The translations under genes were made by a program, and so were the position numbers. Of a DNA stretch of 64,000 nt, positions 62,623 through 64,000 are shown piece by piece. This DNA is from Deltaproteobacteria bacterium (GTDB taxonomy: Bacteria; Myxococcota; UBA727; VGSZ01). The stretch spans positions 7,038 to 71,037 of the forward strand of contig VGSZ01000002.1 of the NCBI GenBank assembly GCA_016874845.1. Reading direction: 5' to 3'. The first letter of the stretch is position 1. Every line of letters starts with the position of its first letter. The notes beneath the pieces were generated by a model, which was not told the DNA's origin, ran no database searches, and saw only the letters and a list, made by a program, of their open reading frames with translations.

Positions 62623-64000
62623 TCAGCCGAGCACGACGCCCGACGGTACGTCGGGCAGGTCCACGGGCGACACGCCCTTCAGCGCGTAGTCGCGGATGAC
62701 GCCTTCCTTGATCGCGCGGCACTTCGCCGGCGTGAGCTGCTCCCCGCGGAAGAGCGCCTCGCAGTAGAAGGCGCGGTACTCCTCGACGAAGATCGCGGCG
62801 TCACTGCGGTAGTGCTCCTCGCTGCGATTGAGCACGTGGTTGACCTCGTGCACCAGCGTGGCGGCGAGCTCCTTCGGCGACAGGCCCTTGGCGACGTAGA
62901 TGCGGTCGTCCCACATGTAGCCGTTCATGTCGCTGGTGATCGCGCGCCAGGCGCGGCTGCGCTTGTCTTCGAGGACCCTGTGGTCGGCGGGCAGATCGAT
63001 GCCGGCGCGCAGCAGCTCGCGGCGCACGCGCTGGTAGTCGGCGCGGGTGAGGTCGCCGAGGTCGTCGATCTTCACGCGACCGGTGGCGATCAGCTCGTGG
63101 GTCTGCCGTCCGATCGCGGTCTTGCTGCTCTTCAGCTCGTCGAGGGCCGCGCCGACGTAGCGCCGGAACGCCGCCGACGTCCGCTCGGGGTTCACCTCGA
63201 GGAACACGTGCTGCATCCCCCGCTCGAGCGCCGCGACCGTCTTTGGTGAGCAGTCGTTGTCGGCGTCGGCCAGGATCGCCTTTTCGACGACGGACCAGCC
63301 GAGCCCCGGCGGGAAGCCGAACCGCCGGCCGAGCTGGCGCAGCAGCAGGTCGGCGGTGTCGGCGTAGTCGACAAGGAAGTAGGCGTACTCGCCGGCCATC
63401 GCCAGGGCGACCATGCGCTGCTCGTGCTCGCTGCGCTGCTCGTCGCCGAGCGCGGCGAGCTTCTGCCCCGCCGCGAACGTCACGAGCATGCCGAGGGCGT
63501 CCTTGTCCTGGTGCGCGTAGGCCGCGTTCACCGCGACGCGCACCTCGCCGCCCACCTTCTGGACGTCGACGATCGGGCCGTCCTGGCCGCCGTCGAACCA
63601 CCCCGCCGACACGATCTTGTCGGCCAGCGCCTTGTCCGCCCGGGTGCCCGAGCCATCGGTCCAGTAGCGGTGCACGGTGTTCAACCACGCCACCGCGTCG
63701 ACGACGGCGCCGGTGGGCAGCGCGCTCGCCGCCGGCGGTGCGGCCTTCGCGCGCATCGAGATCGAGCTGCCCTGCGCGGTGCGGCTCTCGGGCACATAGA
63801 CGCGCTCGCCGCCGACGAGCTTCGCCGCCTCGTGCGGGAAGCAGTAGTTGTCAGGCTCCCACAGGCCCTGCTTGCGGCAGGCGCGCTCGATCTGGGCGTA
63901 GCTCTGGCCGCGCACGATGCCGTCGAGCAGCGCGTGCTGCACGATGCGGTCGTCGTGGCCATAGGTGCCGTGGTGGCTGACCAGCACGTGCTGCCCGGGA
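62623..64000 (-). CDS. HExxH zinc-metallopeptidase-motif protein, 5' end probably outside the window
   Basis: ..MWDDRIYVAKGLSPKELAATLVHEVNHVLNRSEEHYRSDAAIFVEEYRAFYCE... The frame is still open at position 64000 upstream of the GTG at 63987. No family recognised. Confidence 0.6.
   Translation of the reverse strand, partial: PGQHVLVSHHGTYGHDDRIVQHALLDGIVRGQSYAQIERACRKQGLWEPDNYCFPHEAAKLVGGERVYVPESRTAQGSSISMRAKAAPPAASALPTGAVVDAVAWLNTVHRYWTDGSGTRADKALADKIVSAGWFDGGQDGPIVDVQKVGGEVRVAVNAAYAHQDKDALGMLVTFAAGQKLAALGDEQRSEHEQRMVALAMAGEYAYFLVDYADTADLLLRQLGRRFGFPPGLGWSVVEKAILADADNDCSPKTVAALERGMQHVFLEVNPERTSAAFRRYVGAALDELKSSKTAIGRQTHELIATGRVKIDDLGDLTRADYQRVRRELLRAGIDLPADHRVLEDKRSRAWRAITSDMNGYMWDDRIYVAKGLSPKELAATLVHEVNHVLNRSEEHYRSDAAIFVEEYRAFYCEALFRGEQLTPAKCRAIKEGVIRDYALKGVSPVDLPDVPSGVVLG

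Overview
This is a 64-kb, very GC-rich bacterial chromosome segment (roughly 70% by eye, not computed). The gene content suggests a myxobacterium (Myxococcota), but that is an inference, not a database result. The supporting genes are a DUF1592/DUF1552 pair, PEGA and AgmX/PglI-tail proteins, a zinc-ribbon/GYF protein, an FHA-sigma54 remnant, a eukaryote-like Ser/Thr kinase, many lipoproteins and thrombospondin-type-3-repeat proteins.

Core genes I recognise by eye:
- rplM-rpsI, uvrD/pcrA, mpl, xthA, cyaY, yajQ, folB and a pteridine-reductase-like SDR
- a single-polypeptide xanthine dehydrogenase
- an ECF sigma/anti-sigma/Spy-like operon and a WYL regulator
- a histidine kinase, an MCP, a TonB-dependent receptor and a TlpA-like redoxin
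- an orphan FliI/YscN-type ATPase

Two regions are decayed mobile DNA.
- 11.2-18.6 kb holds fragments of a contractile phage-tail/eCIS-like module (sheath, tube, chaperones, tape measure) mixed with IS630, LysR and DUF3224 pseudogenes.
- 45.8-46.8 kb holds an IS1634-type transposase remnant.

The right third (52.6-64 kb) is an accessory-looking cluster. It contains lipoproteins, a Kelch protein, twin ADP-ribosylglycohydrolases, unknown secreted proteins, an FHA-sigma54 pseudogene and a HExxH protein.

The best-supported unusual observation is that a 5.5-kb tail-module fragment is circularly permuted. It sits inside another ORF and is joined at a 5-bp GCCGG microhomology, and both split genes are restored in frame when the rearrangement is undone.

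Other items worth a second look:
- hexanucleotide (GE)n tether arrays in five secreted proteins
- a family of palindromic intergenic repeats, including a 120-bp tandem array
- an MCP / YfiR-like / TonB-receptor triad
- the context-less T3SS-type ATPase
- the overlapping ARH pair

I could not identify a complete, clearly novel multi-gene system with confidence. All family calls are by-eye motif recognition and need HMM/BLAST confirmation.
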